Of a DNA stretch of 64,000 nucleotides, positions 9,316 to 19,819 are shown in pieces. A program made the position numbers and the translations under genes. Numbering within the stretch: position 1 is the stretch's first letter; every line of letters begins with the position of its first letter. The DNA is from Tissierellia bacterium (GTDB lineage: Bacteria; Bacillota; Clostridia; Tissierellales; Peptoniphilaceae): assembly GCA_030538075.1 (NCBI GenBank), contig JAUNUQ010000006.1, forward strand, positions 22,971 to 86,970, in the 5' to 3' direction. The notes beneath the pieces were generated by a model. That model searched no databases. It was given only the letters and a program-made list of their open reading frames with translations, and was not told where the DNA came from.

Positions 9316-10929
9316 TTATTTGATCTGATAGTTGTTGTCCTTGCAAAAATCCCGTAGGTATTTCACCGAGAGCGCGCCGTGAATATTCGTGATACTATCA
9401 CTGAAGTGTTCGAACTCCCTACGACTGAGTATGTTATACCAGAGCATTGGATGATGGTCATACTCACCTTTTATCCGATTTGCGCGCAGTAAAAAGCTCA
9501 ATCTGCGATATATTCCGGGGAAGCGGCTTCGCATGAAGTCTTTGAGTCCTGCCGTAGGCAGAATTGCCCTGACTCCAGAAATCCCAATGTATTCCAAGAG
9601 CTCGGCTTCATAGCGCAGATCCAGTTCTTGTTGAATCCGTTGGGTGTATTTATACGCATCTGGCACCCTCTCCCAGAACTCGAGAATCCCCTTTTCCAAT
9701 TGAATATTTCTCCATTGGTAATGGTACATCTCATAGATGCGTCTGGAGTTCGTTTGATTTTTACCCGTGCGTTCTTTCCAATAGGCGTAGCGGAACTTCC
9801 ATGAAGCAGATGCCTCTTGGAATGCTGGATTATCTGCGTGCTTATTGAAAATATCCTCAATATAGTCGCCGATCATCTGGTAGTCCCTGCGTTGCCATTT
9901 GATATTCGAAGCGATCTCGTCCAGAATTTCCATCCTCAGTATATCCTCTGAAGGCGGATTCTCCTGTATCAGGGTCGTAGGCATTTCCTCTCCGCGGAGG
10001 ATATTCGTAAAACAGACATTGACAAAGATTGCATCTGCGGGGACCATTCTCTTTTCCATCAGAGCTTTCACCGCTAAATATTCAGAGATATTGGGAATGG
10101 TCACCAATTGTGAACAATAGTCTCGATATTTGCGATAATCTGGTCCAGTAAACCACTTAAACCAATCCACCGCCTTATATTCGATAAAATACCAGGGATA
10201 CTCATAGTATTCGGCAATTCCTCTGGCCAGCGCCACCTCTGGATTTTCTAGTCCTCCATAGGTGTAGCAAATCACCTTTTCAAAGCCCAGCTCTTTAAGC
10301 TTGCGCACCAGAATCCTCTCCCACCAGCCTGAGGTCAAGGGGATGACAATGGTGCGATCCCGTAGGCCATCTAGACCACCGAGTACCGCTTGGGAGTAGA
10401 CTGCATCCGCCTCTTCCACCAACTCCTCCAGCGGTCGATCGACCTGATTGTCCTGGATGATGCTCATGTATTCATTGATGGTCAAAGAGCCACTCCGCTT
10501 ATCGTAGTAGAGGATCTCCCCACATCCCAAGGTCTGGATCTCCTGATAGAGGGTGCGATTGCCGAAGGCCGTACCTGCTATTCTAAGCTCTCGCACCGCG
10601 ATCTCATCTACCGTTGGCTCTTTGATCAGCTTCAAAATTCCGTTGGGCGAATCAGAAACGATCAGTTTCTGGTCCCGCATACTGTAGAACAGGGGATAGG
10701 ATCTCGCAAAGTCCACTGCTGCAACGAGAAAATCATCGGTCTCTCGCAGTATGGAAAACTCTCCGTTCAGATCCTGAATATATTTTTCATAGTCCTCTAA
10801 GGCTTCTAGCCCCAACAGATCCTGTAGGATCTTCTCATGGTTCTGAGAGTCGTTGTAAAAATAGCCCTTGATATAGCACTCTTCACGTTCATGCCATTGA
10901 AAAGCGTCATTTTTCGAAAGAAGTATCAT
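9316..10929 (-). CDS. asparagine-synthetase-like protein, paralogue of 7082..8728 with a degenerate PP-loop (predicted non-catalytic)
   Basis: 537 aa, alignable by eye with copy 1 through the blocks VAAVDFARSYPLFY, GNRTLYQEIQTLGCGEILYYDK, RTIVIPL, EKVICYTYG, YPWYFIEY, AVKAL and PADAIF. TSGWWER replaces SGGEDS, and VNVCFTN replaces PGHTGD. Confidence 0.6.
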   Translation of the reverse strand: MILLSKNDAFQWHEREECYIKGYFYNDSQNHEKILQDLLGLEALEDYEKYIQDLNGEFSILRETDDFLVAAVDFARSYPLFYSMRDQKLIVSDSPNGILKLIKEPTVDEIAVRELRIAGTAFGNRTLYQEIQTLGCGEILYYDKRSGSLTINEYMSIIQDNQVDRPLEELVEEADAVYSQAVLGGLDGLRDRTIVIPLTSGWWERILVRKLKELGFEKVICYTYGGLENPEVALARGIAEYYEYPWYFIEYKAVDWFKWFTGPDYRKYRDYCSQLVTIPNISEYLAVKALMEKRMVPADAIFVNVCFTNILRGEEMPTTLIQENPPSEDILRMEILDEIASNIKWQRRDYQMIGDYIEDIFNKHADNPAFQEASASWKFRYAYWKERTGKNQTNSRRIYEMYHYQWRNIQLEKGILEFWERVPDAYKYTQRIQQELDLRYEAELLEYIGISGVRAILPTAGLKDFMRSRFPGIYRRLSFLLRANRIKGEYDHHPMLWYNILSRREFEHFSDSITNIHGALSVKYLRDFCKDNNYQIK

Positions 10930-10991
10930 TCATGATCCCCCATAGGAATTTCTAGTTTAATGATCCAATAGAAAACAAATCGTCATTGTAT

Positions 10992-13847
10992 TTATTCTAC
11001 CATATCCTCGTCATTTGTGGGATAGCGGCGACCTAGGACGGGTTTCAGAAACTGTCCTGTAAAAGAGGCTTCACAGGCAGCCACTTCCTCTGGCGTGCCG
11101 CAGCATACCAGTTGACCACCTGCATCCCCGCCTTCTGGCCCCAAATCAATAATATAATCTGCCGTCTTGATCACATCCATATTGTGTTCAATCACCAGCA
11201 CGGTATTGCCTCCCTCTGCCAACTGGTCCAAAACCCGGATCAATTTGTGGATGTCTGCAGCATGAAGGCCTGTCGTAGGCTCATCTAGGATATAAATCGT
11301 CCGACCTGTTGCGCGTTTACTCAGCTCAGAGGCGAGCTTCACCCTCTGGGCCTCTCCACCAGACAGCTCCGTTGAAGATTGTCCCAGTTTGATATAACCT
11401 AGCCCCACCTCGGACAGAGTTACGATCTTTCGGGAGATCGAAGGCAGATTTTCAAAAAACTTCACAGCCTCTTCTACGGTCATGTCCAGTACATCGGCGA
11501 TGCTCTTGTCCTTGTACTTTACCTGTAGGGTCTCTCTATTGTATCGCTTCCCCTTACATACCTCACAAGGCACGTAGATATCCGGCAGAAAATGCATCTC
11601 CACTTTGATCGTGCCGTCCCCGCTACAGTGTTCACAGCGCCCCCCTTTGACATTGAAACTAAAGCGTCCCTTTCCATATCCCCTCATCTTGGCATCTGGG
11701 GTCATCGCGAAGAGCTCTCGAATCTGGTCAAATACCTTTGTATAGGTAGCCGGATTGGAACGAGGGGTTCGGCCGATTGGGGATTGATCGATCTCGACGA
11801 CTTTATCTAAATGCTCAATCCCCAGAATCTCTCCATAAGCACCGGGCTTGGTCTTTGCACGGTTGAGTCGATTTGCCAATACTTTATGCACGATTCCATT
11901 GATCAGGCTGCTCTTGCCCGACCCAGATACTCCAGTCACACAGGTGAAAACGCCCAAGGGTATCTTGATATCTAAGTTCTTTAAGTTATTCTCCCGAGCA
12001 CCTCGAATCTCCAAATACTTATCCGATTCTCTTCGCTTCAAGGGGATTGGGATCTGCTTTTTCCCAGATAGATATTGGCCGGTAATCGAATCCTCAGCGC
12101 TGAGGATGTCCTCTAGGGAGCCCTCGGCGATCACTCTACCGCCGTGCACTCCTGCACCTGGTCCAATATCCACGATATAGTCCGCTGCGCGGATGGTCTC
12201 TTCGTCGTGTTCTACGACGATCAAGGTGTTTCCAATATCCGTCAATCCCCGCAAGGACTTTAGCAGTAGAGAGTTGTCCCTCTGGTGCAGCCCGATACTC
12301 GGCTCATCCAGGACATATACTACACCGATCAGACTGGATCCGATTTGTGTGGCCAGTCGAATGCGCTGGGATTCTCCACCGGACAGAGTTCCAGAGGAAC
12401 GGGCGAGGGTCAGATAGCCCAGCCCCACTTCCTTCAGGAAGTTCAGACGAGCGCGGATCTCCTTCAGCACTTGCTCACCAATGGCCTCTTGGGTCTTGGA
12501 GAGCTGAAGATTTTGAAACCATGCCAGAGAGGAGATGACCGGCAGTTCCGTGACTTCCGCAATATTTAAGTCATTGATCCGTATGGACAAGATCTCTGGG
12601 CGCAGTCTCTTCCCGCCACAGGCTGAGCATACCGTCTCAACCATATAGTCTTCTATCTTATCCTTCATATAGTCTGATCCCGTCTGGTGATATCTTCGGT
12701 TTAAGTTGGGGATGACGCCCTCCCAGCTCCCTAAGAATTCCTTGTTCCCTGTAAAATGGGACTCGAATTGAAATCGGAGCTGCCTACTACCGGTGCCATA
12801 TAAGATGTCTTGTATCATCTGTTCCGGTGCTTGGGCCAATGCCTGATCAATTGGAAAGTCATAGCTCTTGGCGATGGCTTTGAAGATCTCATAATAGTAG
12901 GTTCCATTCTTAGAGGTGCTAAAGGGATCAATCGCCCCTTCTGCCAAGCTGAGCTCCCGATTTGGGATGATCAGCTCCGGGTCTATCTCTGCATGAAAAC
13001 CCAAACCATTGCATTCTTCGCACATTCCAAAGGGACTATTGAAAGAAAAAGATCTCGGTTCGATCTCCTCGATGGAGATATGGTTGTCAGGGCAGGCCAG
13101 CTTTTGGCTAAAGGTGAGGAGTTCCCCATCTATCACTTGGATTTTAACGAGGCCCTCTGACAAATGCAGGGCCGTCTCCAGTGAGTCGCTGAGCCTGGAC
13201 TGGATCCCCTCTTTGACCACCAATCGGTCGACGACGATGTCGATATCGTGTTTTTTATTTTTCTCCAGTTTGATCTCATCTGTGATCTCGTATTCCACAC
13301 CATCTGCGATCACCCGATTAAAGCCCTCTTTGCGTATATTGGCCAAGAGTTTAACATGTTCACCCTTCTTGCCTCGAACCACCGGCGAGAGAAGCAAAAA
13401 ACGGCTCCGCTCCGGAAGCTCTAATACCCTATCTACGATTTGATCAATGGACGAGGCGACGATCTCCTTTCCACAGACGGGGCAATAGGGCGTGCCCACT
13501 TTGGCAAAGAGCAAACGCAAATAGTCATAGATCTCTGTCACAGTTCCCACCGTCGAACGGGGGTTCTTGCTCGTCGTCTTTTGGTCAATGGCAATGGATG
13601 GGGACAGGCCTTCGATATACTCCACATCGGGCTTGTCCATCTGTCCAAGAAATTGTCTCGCATAACTGGAGAGGGACTCGACATAACGCCTCTGCCCCTC
13701 TGCATAAATCGTATCAAAGGCCAGGGAGGATTTCCCCGATCCACTCAAACCGGTAAATACGATCATTTGATCGCGCGGGAGCTCCAAATCTACCGATTTT
13801 AAATTATTTTCCTTCGCTCCCCGAATCGTAATTTTATCTAAACTCAA
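10992..13847 (-). CDS. uvrA: excinuclease ABC subunit A
   Basis: 951 aa with two Walker A sites ([18 protein letters not shown]) and zinc-finger cysteines ([25 protein letters not shown]). The TTG start overlaps the uvrB stop as TTGA. Confidence 0.95.
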   Translation of the reverse strand: MSLDKITIRGAKENNLKSVDLELPRDQMIVFTGLSGSGKSSLAFDTIYAEGQRRYVESLSSYARQFLGQMDKPDVEYIEGLSPSIAIDQKTTSKNPRSTVGTVTEIYDYLRLLFAKVGTPYCPVCGKEIVASSIDQIVDRVLELPERSRFLLLSPVVRGKKGEHVKLLANIRKEGFNRVIADGVEYEITDEIKLEKNKKHDIDIVVDRLVVKEGIQSRLSDSLETALHLSEGLVKIQVIDGELLTFSQKLACPDNHISIEEIEPRSFSFNSPFGMCEECNGLGFHAEIDPELIIPNRELSLAEGAIDPFSTSKNGTYYYEIFKAIAKSYDFPIDQALAQAPEQMIQDILYGTGSRQLRFQFESHFTGNKEFLGSWEGVIPNLNRRYHQTGSDYMKDKIEDYMVETVCSACGGKRLRPEILSIRINDLNIAEVTELPVISSLAWFQNLQLSKTQEAIGEQVLKEIRARLNFLKEVGLGYLTLARSSGTLSGGESQRIRLATQIGSSLIGVVYVLDEPSIGLHQRDNSLLLKSLRGLTDIGNTLIVVEHDEETIRAADYIVDIGPGAGVHGGRVIAEGSLEDILSAEDSITGQYLSGKKQIPIPLKRRESDKYLEIRGARENNLKNLDIKIPLGVFTCVTGVSGSGKSSLINGIVHKVLANRLNRAKTKPGAYGEILGIEHLDKVVEIDQSPIGRTPRSNPATYTKVFDQIRELFAMTPDAKMRGYGKGRFSFNVKGGRCEHCSGDGTIKVEMHFLPDIYVPCEVCKGKRYNRETLQVKYKDKSIADVLDMTVEEAVKFFENLPSISRKIVTLSEVGLGYIKLGQSSTELSGGEAQRVKLASELSKRATGRTIYILDEPTTGLHAADIHKLIRVLDQLAEGGNTVLVIEHNMDVIKTADYIIDLGPEGGDAGGQLVCCGTPEEVAACEASFTGQFLKPVLGRRYPTNDEDMVE

Positions 13848-15811
13848 TGTCTAAGCTTCCTTATCTCATCTCGTAGGTTAGCAGCCCGCTCAAACTCCAA
13901 TTGCTCCGCTGCCTTATACATCTCTTCTTCTAATCGTATGATCAAGCTGTCTAAATCCCCTGGGGGAATGTCCACACTATATTCGACTTGCTCTTCTGCG
14001 GCGACTGTCGCCTCTATGATATCTCGTATGCCCTTGACGATGGACGTCGGGGTGATGCCATGCTCCTGATTATAGGCATCTTGGATCGCCCTTCTGCGCT
14101 CGGTCTCGTCAATGGCCCGCTGCATGGATCCAGTGATCTGATCTGCATACATGATGATATGGCCACTCACATTCCTGGCTGCTCGACCGATGGTCTGAAT
14201 CAGCGAAGTCTCCGAACGGAGGAAACCCTCCTTGTCCGCATCCATAATCGCAATCAGAGATACCTCCGGGAGATCGAGCCCCTCGCGAAGTAGGTTGATT
14301 CCGACGAGGACATCATATACTCCGAGGCGCAGATCGCGAATGATCTCCATCCGCTCGATGGTCTCTATATCCGAGTGCATATAGGTGACCTTGATTCCAA
14401 TCTCCTGCAGATATTTGGTCAAATCCTCTGCCATCTTTTTCGTCAAAGTGGTGATTAATGTCCTTTCACCCTTTGCCGTCGTGCTGTGAATCTCATGGAT
14501 CAGATCGTCGATCTGGTTTTTGGTCGGCCTTACTTCCACTGGCGGATCCAGCAGACCCGTTGGACGAATCAGCTGTTCGACCGCATCTGGGGTCTGCTGG
14601 AATTCATAGGGACCGGGCGTTGCAGAGACATAGACGATCTGATTTACCATCCCCTCAAATTCCTCGAATTTCAGTGGTCGGTTGTCGAGGGCAGAGGGCA
14701 AGCGGAAGCCATACTCCACCAAATTCTCCTTACGGGCTCGGTCTCCGTTGTACATGGCTCGAATTTGGGGTATGGTGGCATGGGATTCATCGATGATGGT
14801 CAAATAGTCTTTTGGAAAGTAGTCGATCAGGGTATAGGGCTTACTCCCAGGCTCCCTTTCACTCAGATGGCGGGAATAGTTTTCGATGCCGGTGCAAAAT
14901 CCCATCTCATTGAGCATCTCCATATCGTAACGGGTTCGCTGCTCCAATCGCTGCGCCTCCAAGAGCTTGTCCCTTTCCCTGAAATAGGCCAATCTCTCTT
15001 CGAGCTCTCGGTCAATCGTTCCAATTGCTCGCTCGATCTTCTCCTGTGTCGTCGCATAATGGGATGCTGGAAAGATGGACACATGGCTGCGCAGCCCCAG
15101 CACCTCTCCCGTCAGATAGTTGATCTCCGTGATTCGATCGATCTCGTCACCGAAGAATTCCACACGGATGGTGTTCTGATCCGTTGAAGCCGGGAAGATA
15201 TCGAGGCTGTCACCACGGACACGAAAAGTTCCCCGCTCAAAATTGACATCATTTCTGAGAAATTGGATGCCGATCAGTGCGCGGATCACGTCATCGCGAT
15301 CCTTAGTCATCCCAGGGCGTAGAGACACCATCAGATTCTCATAATCGATGGGATCCCCCAGTCCGTAAATACAGGAGACCGATGCGACAATGATCACATC
15401 TCGGCGCTCAAAGAGGGCTGCCGTGGCAGAGTGCCTGAGCTTGTCGATCTCATCATTGATAGAGGAGTCCTTCTCGATATAGGTATCTGTCATGGGCACA
15501 TAGGCCTCTGGCTGATAATAGTCGTAGTAGCTGACGAAATACTCTACGGCACTGTCCGGAAAGAACTCCTTGAATTCGCTGGCCAATTGATAGGCCAAGG
15601 TCTTGTTATGTGCAATCACCAGGGTTGGTTTCTGCACCTTTTCTATGATATTCGCCATGGTAAAGGTCTTGCCTGAACCCGTTACACCCTTCAGGATCTG
15701 GTGCTTCTCACCCTGCATTAGACCTTCGGAAATCTTCTGAATGGCCCGAGGCTGATCCCCTGTTGGCATAAAGGATGACACTAGGCGAAAGGATTGATCT
15801 TCGATGGTCAT
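13844..15811 (-). CDS. uvrB: excinuclease ABC subunit B
   Basis: 655 aa with GVTGSGKT Walker A, a DESH-type box ([11 protein letters not shown]) and a C-terminal UVR motif ([20 protein letters not shown]). Confidence 0.95.
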   Translation of the reverse strand: MTIEDQSFRLVSSFMPTGDQPRAIQKISEGLMQGEKHQILKGVTGSGKTFTMANIIEKVQKPTLVIAHNKTLAYQLASEFKEFFPDSAVEYFVSYYDYYQPEAYVPMTDTYIEKDSSINDEIDKLRHSATAALFERRDVIIVASVSCIYGLGDPIDYENLMVSLRPGMTKDRDDVIRALIGIQFLRNDVNFERGTFRVRGDSLDIFPASTDQNTIRVEFFGDEIDRITEINYLTGEVLGLRSHVSIFPASHYATTQEKIERAIGTIDRELEERLAYFRERDKLLEAQRLEQRTRYDMEMLNEMGFCTGIENYSRHLSEREPGSKPYTLIDYFPKDYLTIIDESHATIPQIRAMYNGDRARKENLVEYGFRLPSALDNRPLKFEEFEGMVNQIVYVSATPGPYEFQQTPDAVEQLIRPTGLLDPPVEVRPTKNQIDDLIHEIHSTTAKGERTLITTLTKKMAEDLTKYLQEIGIKVTYMHSDIETIERMEIIRDLRLGVYDVLVGINLLREGLDLPEVSLIAIMDADKEGFLRSETSLIQTIGRAARNVSGHIIMYADQITGSMQRAIDETERRRAIQDAYNQEHGITPTSIVKGIRDIIEATVAAEEQVEYSVDIPPGDLDSLIIRLEEEMYKAAEQLEFERAANLRDEIRKLRH

Positions 15812-15948
15812 AGGTCCTCCTCACATAGCACAAACCGGGATCGATCTCCCGGTCCTTTTTCATGTCCTACAATAATAGATACAGAGTCATTATATCATTC
15901 CATTGGACTTTCATAAAGAGATCTATTCCCAGTTCCTATTCAATCAAT

Positions 15949-15998
15949 AAAAAAAGCGCATCCCCTTCAGTACTTCACTGAAGCAGGATACGCTTTTT
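15949..15998 (-). terminator. intrinsic terminator after the TRAP operon (bidirectional shape)
   Basis: Stem GCGCATCCCCTTCAG / CTGAAGCAGGATACGC, flanked by an A-run (giving a T-run on the minus strand) and a T-run. It lies immediately downstream of the permease stop at 16002. Confidence 0.6.
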
Positions 15999-16001
15999 GA
16001 C

Positions 16002-18128
16002 CTATTCTACGGCGACGGATTTCGACTTTTGATCCTGTGCATCTCGGTTCTTCTTTCTCCTAGATTGAACAAAATACATCAGAATAACCACGGCCAAGCC
16101 GATGGCATCGGAGATCCAACCAGGGATCAAAAGGCATAGAGCAGCGATAAAGAGTATGAGGCGTTCGTAGAGCTTTGCATGATCGAACAGATAGCCCTCC
16201 AGCGCTCCTCCAAGGCAGACAATGCCCAATATGGCCGTTAGGATATTTGGCAATGCATCCATTATAGACAGCCAGTGGATCGTGGATCCTACCGTGTCCT
16301 GAACCATGATCAGCGCTGGATTGATCGCGAATATATAGGGCACTATAAAGGCCGCCAAGGAGAGCTTGAAAGCCTGCACCCCCGTCTTCATCGAGTTCGC
16401 ACCCGCTATTCCCGCGCCAGCATAAGCGGCGAGAGCCACAGGCGGAGTGACATCGGCGACTACGCCGAAATACAAAATAAATAGATGTGCCGCCATCAGA
16501 TTGACATTGAGTTTTGTAAGGGCTGGCACTGCCATTGTCGCCAAGACAATATATTTTGCCGTCGTGGGCAATCCCATTCCCAAAATCAACGATGCCACCA
16601 TCGTCAGAGCGAGGGTTGGAATCAGCATTCCTCCTGCTACCTGTACGATCAATTCCGCGATCCTAAGACCAAAGCCCGTCAAGGTGACGACGCCAACGAC
16701 CATACCCGCACAGGCACAAGCACAGATCACTCCCAGCGCAGCTTTTGCTCCAGAGTCCAGCGCTGCGAGGATGTGGCTGAGCGTGAAGGAATTGTCCTTC
16801 TTAATTATGGATGCAGCTAGGGCAATCACTACGGCGGAGACGATTCCAATCAATGCGGCTAGAGTTGGAGTATACTGCTTGATCAGCATATAGATGATGA
16901 TGGCCAGTGGGATGACCAGATATCCTTGCTCTTTAAAAATCAAGCTGAGTTTTGGGAGCTGACTCTTGGGAACTCCTTTCAGATCCCTCTTACAGGCCTC
17001 CAAATGCACCATCGTGCCTATGGCAAGGTAGTAGAGCAGAGCGGGAATAATCGCCGCTTTTACGATTTCAATATATTTAAATCCAGTAAAATCTGCCATG
17101 ATAAAGGCTGCCGCCCCCATGACTGGTGGCATGATCTGTCCACCTGTGGAAGCTGCTGCCTCAACTGCACCTGCATAATAGGGCGGATAACCTGTCCTTT
17201 TCATCAGGGGAATGGTAAAGGCCCCGGTGGTCACCGTATTGGCTACGGAAGAACCGGAAATGGAGCCCATCAACCCACTGGATACGACTGAGGTCATCGC
17301 AGGGCCGGATTTTGTATTTCCCGTTAAGGCAAAGGCGAAATCAATAAAGAATTTCCCCACACCTGTCTTTTCTAGAAAGGCCCCGAAGAGAATGAACATA
17401 AAAACGAAAGTGGAGGATACTCCCAAGGGCGTACCGAGGATCCCCTCGGTGGTCAAATACATATGGCTGACAATCCTCTGGACGCCAAACCCTCGATGGG
17501 CTAACATGCCGGGCATCTTGCGTCCAAAATAAGCATAAATCAAAAACACGATCGTCACGATCGGCAGTTCTGGACCGACGACTCGCCTGGTCACCTCCAG
17601 TGTCAGCAAGATGGCGAGTACGCCAAAGATATAGTCGATCTGGGTCATCTGTCCGCCTTTGATGGCAATGGCTTCGACATTCATAAAGATATATCCAAAG
17701 ACTACGACGGACAGCACCATCAGGATATAATCCAATATACTTGGCTTCTCCTTTGAAGAGTTCTTCCAAGCGGGATACAGCAGAAAGCCCAGCGCAAAGG
17801 CGAAGACCACATGTAGGGATCTCTGCTTCATGGCGAGTAGCGTTCCAAAAGCTGCGGTATAGACATGGAACAGGGACATGACGATGGCGATCACAGTGGC
17901 GACGATCGCAATGGGCCCAACGAGCTTTCGCAATTTGGAGCTGTCCTTATCATATTGTTCCAATAGGTCATCCACATCATGTTCCTCATAATCGGACATG
18001 ATGGGAGTGGATTGTTCTTGGTTCACTCCATTGTCATCGTTCGGTAATTTCTCGGATGGATTCTCTACTTCCGTAGCTGATTCGCCGGATTGTAGGATCT
18101 GTTTCTCATTCGAAGGATCTCGATTCAT
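16002..18128 (-). CDS. TRAP transporter fused permease (TAXI-type, 4TM/12TM fusion)
   Basis: ORF 16002..18206 trimmed to the ATG at 18128, which follows GGAGGTG with good spacing. It is a very hydrophobic multi-TM protein sitting downstream of the TAXI binding protein and DUF1850, the usual operon layout. Confidence 0.8.
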   Translation of the reverse strand: MNRDPSNEKQILQSGESATEVENPSEKLPNDDNGVNQEQSTPIMSDYEEHDVDDLLEQYDKDSSKLRKLVGPIAIVATVIAIVMSLFHVYTAAFGTLLAMKQRSLHVVFAFALGFLLYPAWKNSSKEKPSILDYILMVLSVVVFGYIFMNVEAIAIKGGQMTQIDYIFGVLAILLTLEVTRRVVGPELPIVTIVFLIYAYFGRKMPGMLAHRGFGVQRIVSHMYLTTEGILGTPLGVSSTFVFMFILFGAFLEKTGVGKFFIDFAFALTGNTKSGPAMTSVVSSGLMGSISGSSVANTVTTGAFTIPLMKRTGYPPYYAGAVEAAASTGGQIMPPVMGAAAFIMADFTGFKYIEIVKAAIIPALLYYLAIGTMVHLEACKRDLKGVPKSQLPKLSLIFKEQGYLVIPLAIIIYMLIKQYTPTLAALIGIVSAVVIALAASIIKKDNSFTLSHILAALDSGAKAALGVICACACAGMVVGVVTLTGFGLRIAELIVQVAGGMLIPTLALTMVASLILGMGLPTTAKYIVLATMAVPALTKLNVNLMAAHLFILYFGVVADVTPPVALAAYAGAGIAGANSMKTGVQAFKLSLAAFIVPYIFAINPALIMVQDTVGSTIHWLSIMDALPNILTAILGIVCLGGALEGYLFDHAKLYERLILFIAALCLLIPGWISDAIGLAVVILMYFVQSRRKKNRDAQDQKSKSVAVE

Positions 18129-18684
18129 TGGCTTTGCACCTCCAGTACAAATAATGAAAGGGGGATATTCTCTGGATCGATAGTTCAACGGCTCCGCCTG
18201 GCTCACTAAACTCCAAAAAGGGAATCCTCTTGCCGCGGTAGACCAGTTGATGCTCTGCTAAGCTAGCCCCGGTGCGATAGATCACATTGGGGAAGGATAT
18301 ATTCATATCATAATAGCGGTAACCATCTTTCATCCTCTCAAAGGGATGGGGAGCCGATGCAGGGAGCCCTGCTCCCAAGGATTTAAAATGCTCTTCCATC
18401 AAGAGTAGCTCTCCTTTCCCAATCTCATATATTTCACAGACTTCAGTTCGCTCGACGGAATGCGTATAGCATACCTGTATGTCCTCACCCTGGCGGACCG
18501 TTCCCATCCAGAGGAGATCTCCCGTAAATGGGTCCCTTAGGACGAGGGTTCCCATACTGCCAAAAGTCATCCAGAGAATGAGCATCAATGGGATTGCGAG
18601 TAAAAATAGAGAGGAAGGAGGACAAGTCCTCACTTCCTCTTGACATTTGTAGCGTTTAGTTGGCTTGTACTCCCTTTTCGTCAT
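18106..18684 (-). CDS. DUF1850-like small membrane protein of TAXI-TRAP operons
   Basis: ORF 18106..18726 with the start provisionally placed at ATG 18684. It has a single N-terminal TM (LFLLAIPLMLILW). The position between the TAXI SBP and the fused permease is the typical DUF1850 context. The start codon is uncertain. Confidence 0.55.
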   Translation of the reverse strand: MTKREYKPTKRYKCQEEVRTCPPSSLFLLAIPLMLILWMTFGSMGTLVLRDPFTGDLLWMGTVRQGEDIQVCYTHSVERTEVCEIYEIGKGELLLMEEHFKSLGAGLPASAPHPFERMKDGYRYYDMNISFPNVIYRTGASLAEHQLVYRGKRIPFLEFSEPGGAVELSIQRISPFHYLYWRCKANESRSFE

Positions 18685-19732
18685 AGTATTTCTGGGCTCC
18701 TGGGTGTACTTCGATTGGCATACCATCTAATGCAGACTCCAGCGTGATGTCACTCCCTCTAGCATGGGATTCAGCAATCGTCTGCGTATTTTCAAAAATG
18801 GCCTTCGTGATATTGTAGACGAGGCCTTCATCCATATCTTCTGAGACGATGAGCATCGCCATGACAGCAGCCGCTGACACGACCTCTTCCTGTCCACGAT
18901 AATCCCCAGGCTGAATATCCACTTGGATATAATATGGATATTTCTCGCTGAGTTCTTTGATCTTTTCCGCAGTAATTGGAATCAATGCCACATCTGCAGT
19001 TGTCGAGACTTCTGTTACAGCAGATGTTGGAACCGCTGCTGTGACAAAGGCCACGTCGATCTGGTTGTTCTTCAATTGATCTGTGGCTTCCGCAAAGGAT
19101 AGATAGTCCACCTTTGCCAGATCTTCATAGCTCAGGCCGTGGATCTCCAAAATCTGTCTGGCGTTCACTTCCGTACCAGATCCAGGAGCACCGACTGCCA
19201 CACGTTTTCCAGCCATATCCTCGACCGAGGTCAGTTCAGCATCTGCTCGTGCGATAATTTGTACGACTTCTGGATATAGAGTTGCTAAGCCGCGGATATT
19301 CTCAAACTTCCCCTTCTCTGCAAATGCCTCCACTCCGTTGAAGGCATAATAGGTGACGTCATTTTGTACGAAAGCCACCTCAGCATCTCCACGGGTGATC
19401 AGCTCCACATTTTCGACAGAAGCTCCCGTCGCTTGGGCTGTGGCCTGTAGATTGAGCCCATTGTCTGGGCTATTCAAGATCGTTGCAATGGCCCCTCCCA
19501 GTGGGTAATAGGTTCCGCCAGTTCCACCTGTTGCAATGGAAAGGAAATCGAGTTCTCCAGATCCTGAAGCAGCAGGTTCGGTTGTTGTCTCCTCTTGTTT
19601 CTCATCTGCTTTTTCCTCAGTAGCTGGAGCCTTTTCGTCGGTGGCCGTAGGTTCCGTTGCCTGTGGTTGACATCCAACAAAGGTGAATATCATGACCAGT
19701 ACTAAGAAAAATGCGACTACTCTCTTATTCAT
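18656..19732 (-). CDS. TAXI-family TRAP transporter solute-binding lipoprotein
   Basis: 358 aa with a signal peptide and lipobox (FTFVGC), then a Glu/Thr/Ala-rich linker. TGGTGGTYYPLGGAI is the TAXI (immunogenic-protein-like) signature. Confidence 0.8.
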   Translation of the reverse strand: MNKRVVAFFLVLVMIFTFVGCQPQATEPTATDEKAPATEEKADEKQEETTTEPAASGSGELDFLSIATGGTGGTYYPLGGAIATILNSPDNGLNLQATAQATGASVENVELITRGDAEVAFVQNDVTYYAFNGVEAFAEKGKFENIRGLATLYPEVVQIIARADAELTSVEDMAGKRVAVGAPGSGTEVNARQILEIHGLSYEDLAKVDYLSFAEATDQLKNNQIDVAFVTAAVPTSAVTEVSTTADVALIPITAEKIKELSEKYPYYIQVDIQPGDYRGQEEVVSAAAVMAMLIVSEDMDEGLVYNITKAIFENTQTIAESHARGSDITLESALDGMPIEVHPGAQKYYDEKGVQAN

Positions 19733-19757
19733 TGGTTCCCTCCTCTTTTTTTTAAGT

Positions 19758-19771
19758 GTGAAAACATTTGC
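19758..19771 (-). promoter_or_regulatory. cre-like (CcpA) operator candidate
   Basis: Minus strand TGCAAATGTTTTCA lies just downstream of the -10 box. It resembles the cre consensus TGWAANCGNTNWCA but has TG in place of the central CG. Confidence 0.3.
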
Positions 19772-19781
19772 ACTCTATTTT

Positions 19782-19810
19782 AATTATAACACTGTCTCCA
19801 CACCGGGTCA
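19782..19810 (-). promoter_or_regulatory. sigma-A type promoter of the TRAP operon
   Basis: Minus strand reads TTGACC (19810..19805), a 17-nt spacer, then TATAAT (19787..19782). Confidence 0.55.
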
Positions 19811-19819
19811 AGAAAGCCA

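Noticed and set aside
7082-10929. Lasso-peptide or other RiPP cluster hypothesis for the asparagine-synthetase-like genes (lasso cyclases are also Cys-less AsnB homologues).
   Set aside because: The intergenic gaps are 13-62 nt and leave no room for a precursor peptide. There is no transglutaminase-like protease, RRE/PqqD or ABC exporter gene nearby.
15812-15948. I searched for an SOS (LexA/DinR Cheo box GAAC-N4-GTTC) operator upstream of uvrB.
   Set aside because: No such motif is visible. There is only a TGaTATAAT-type extended -10 promoter and a 7-bp stem-loop, ACCGGGA-N6-TCCCGGT (15834..15853), of unclear role.
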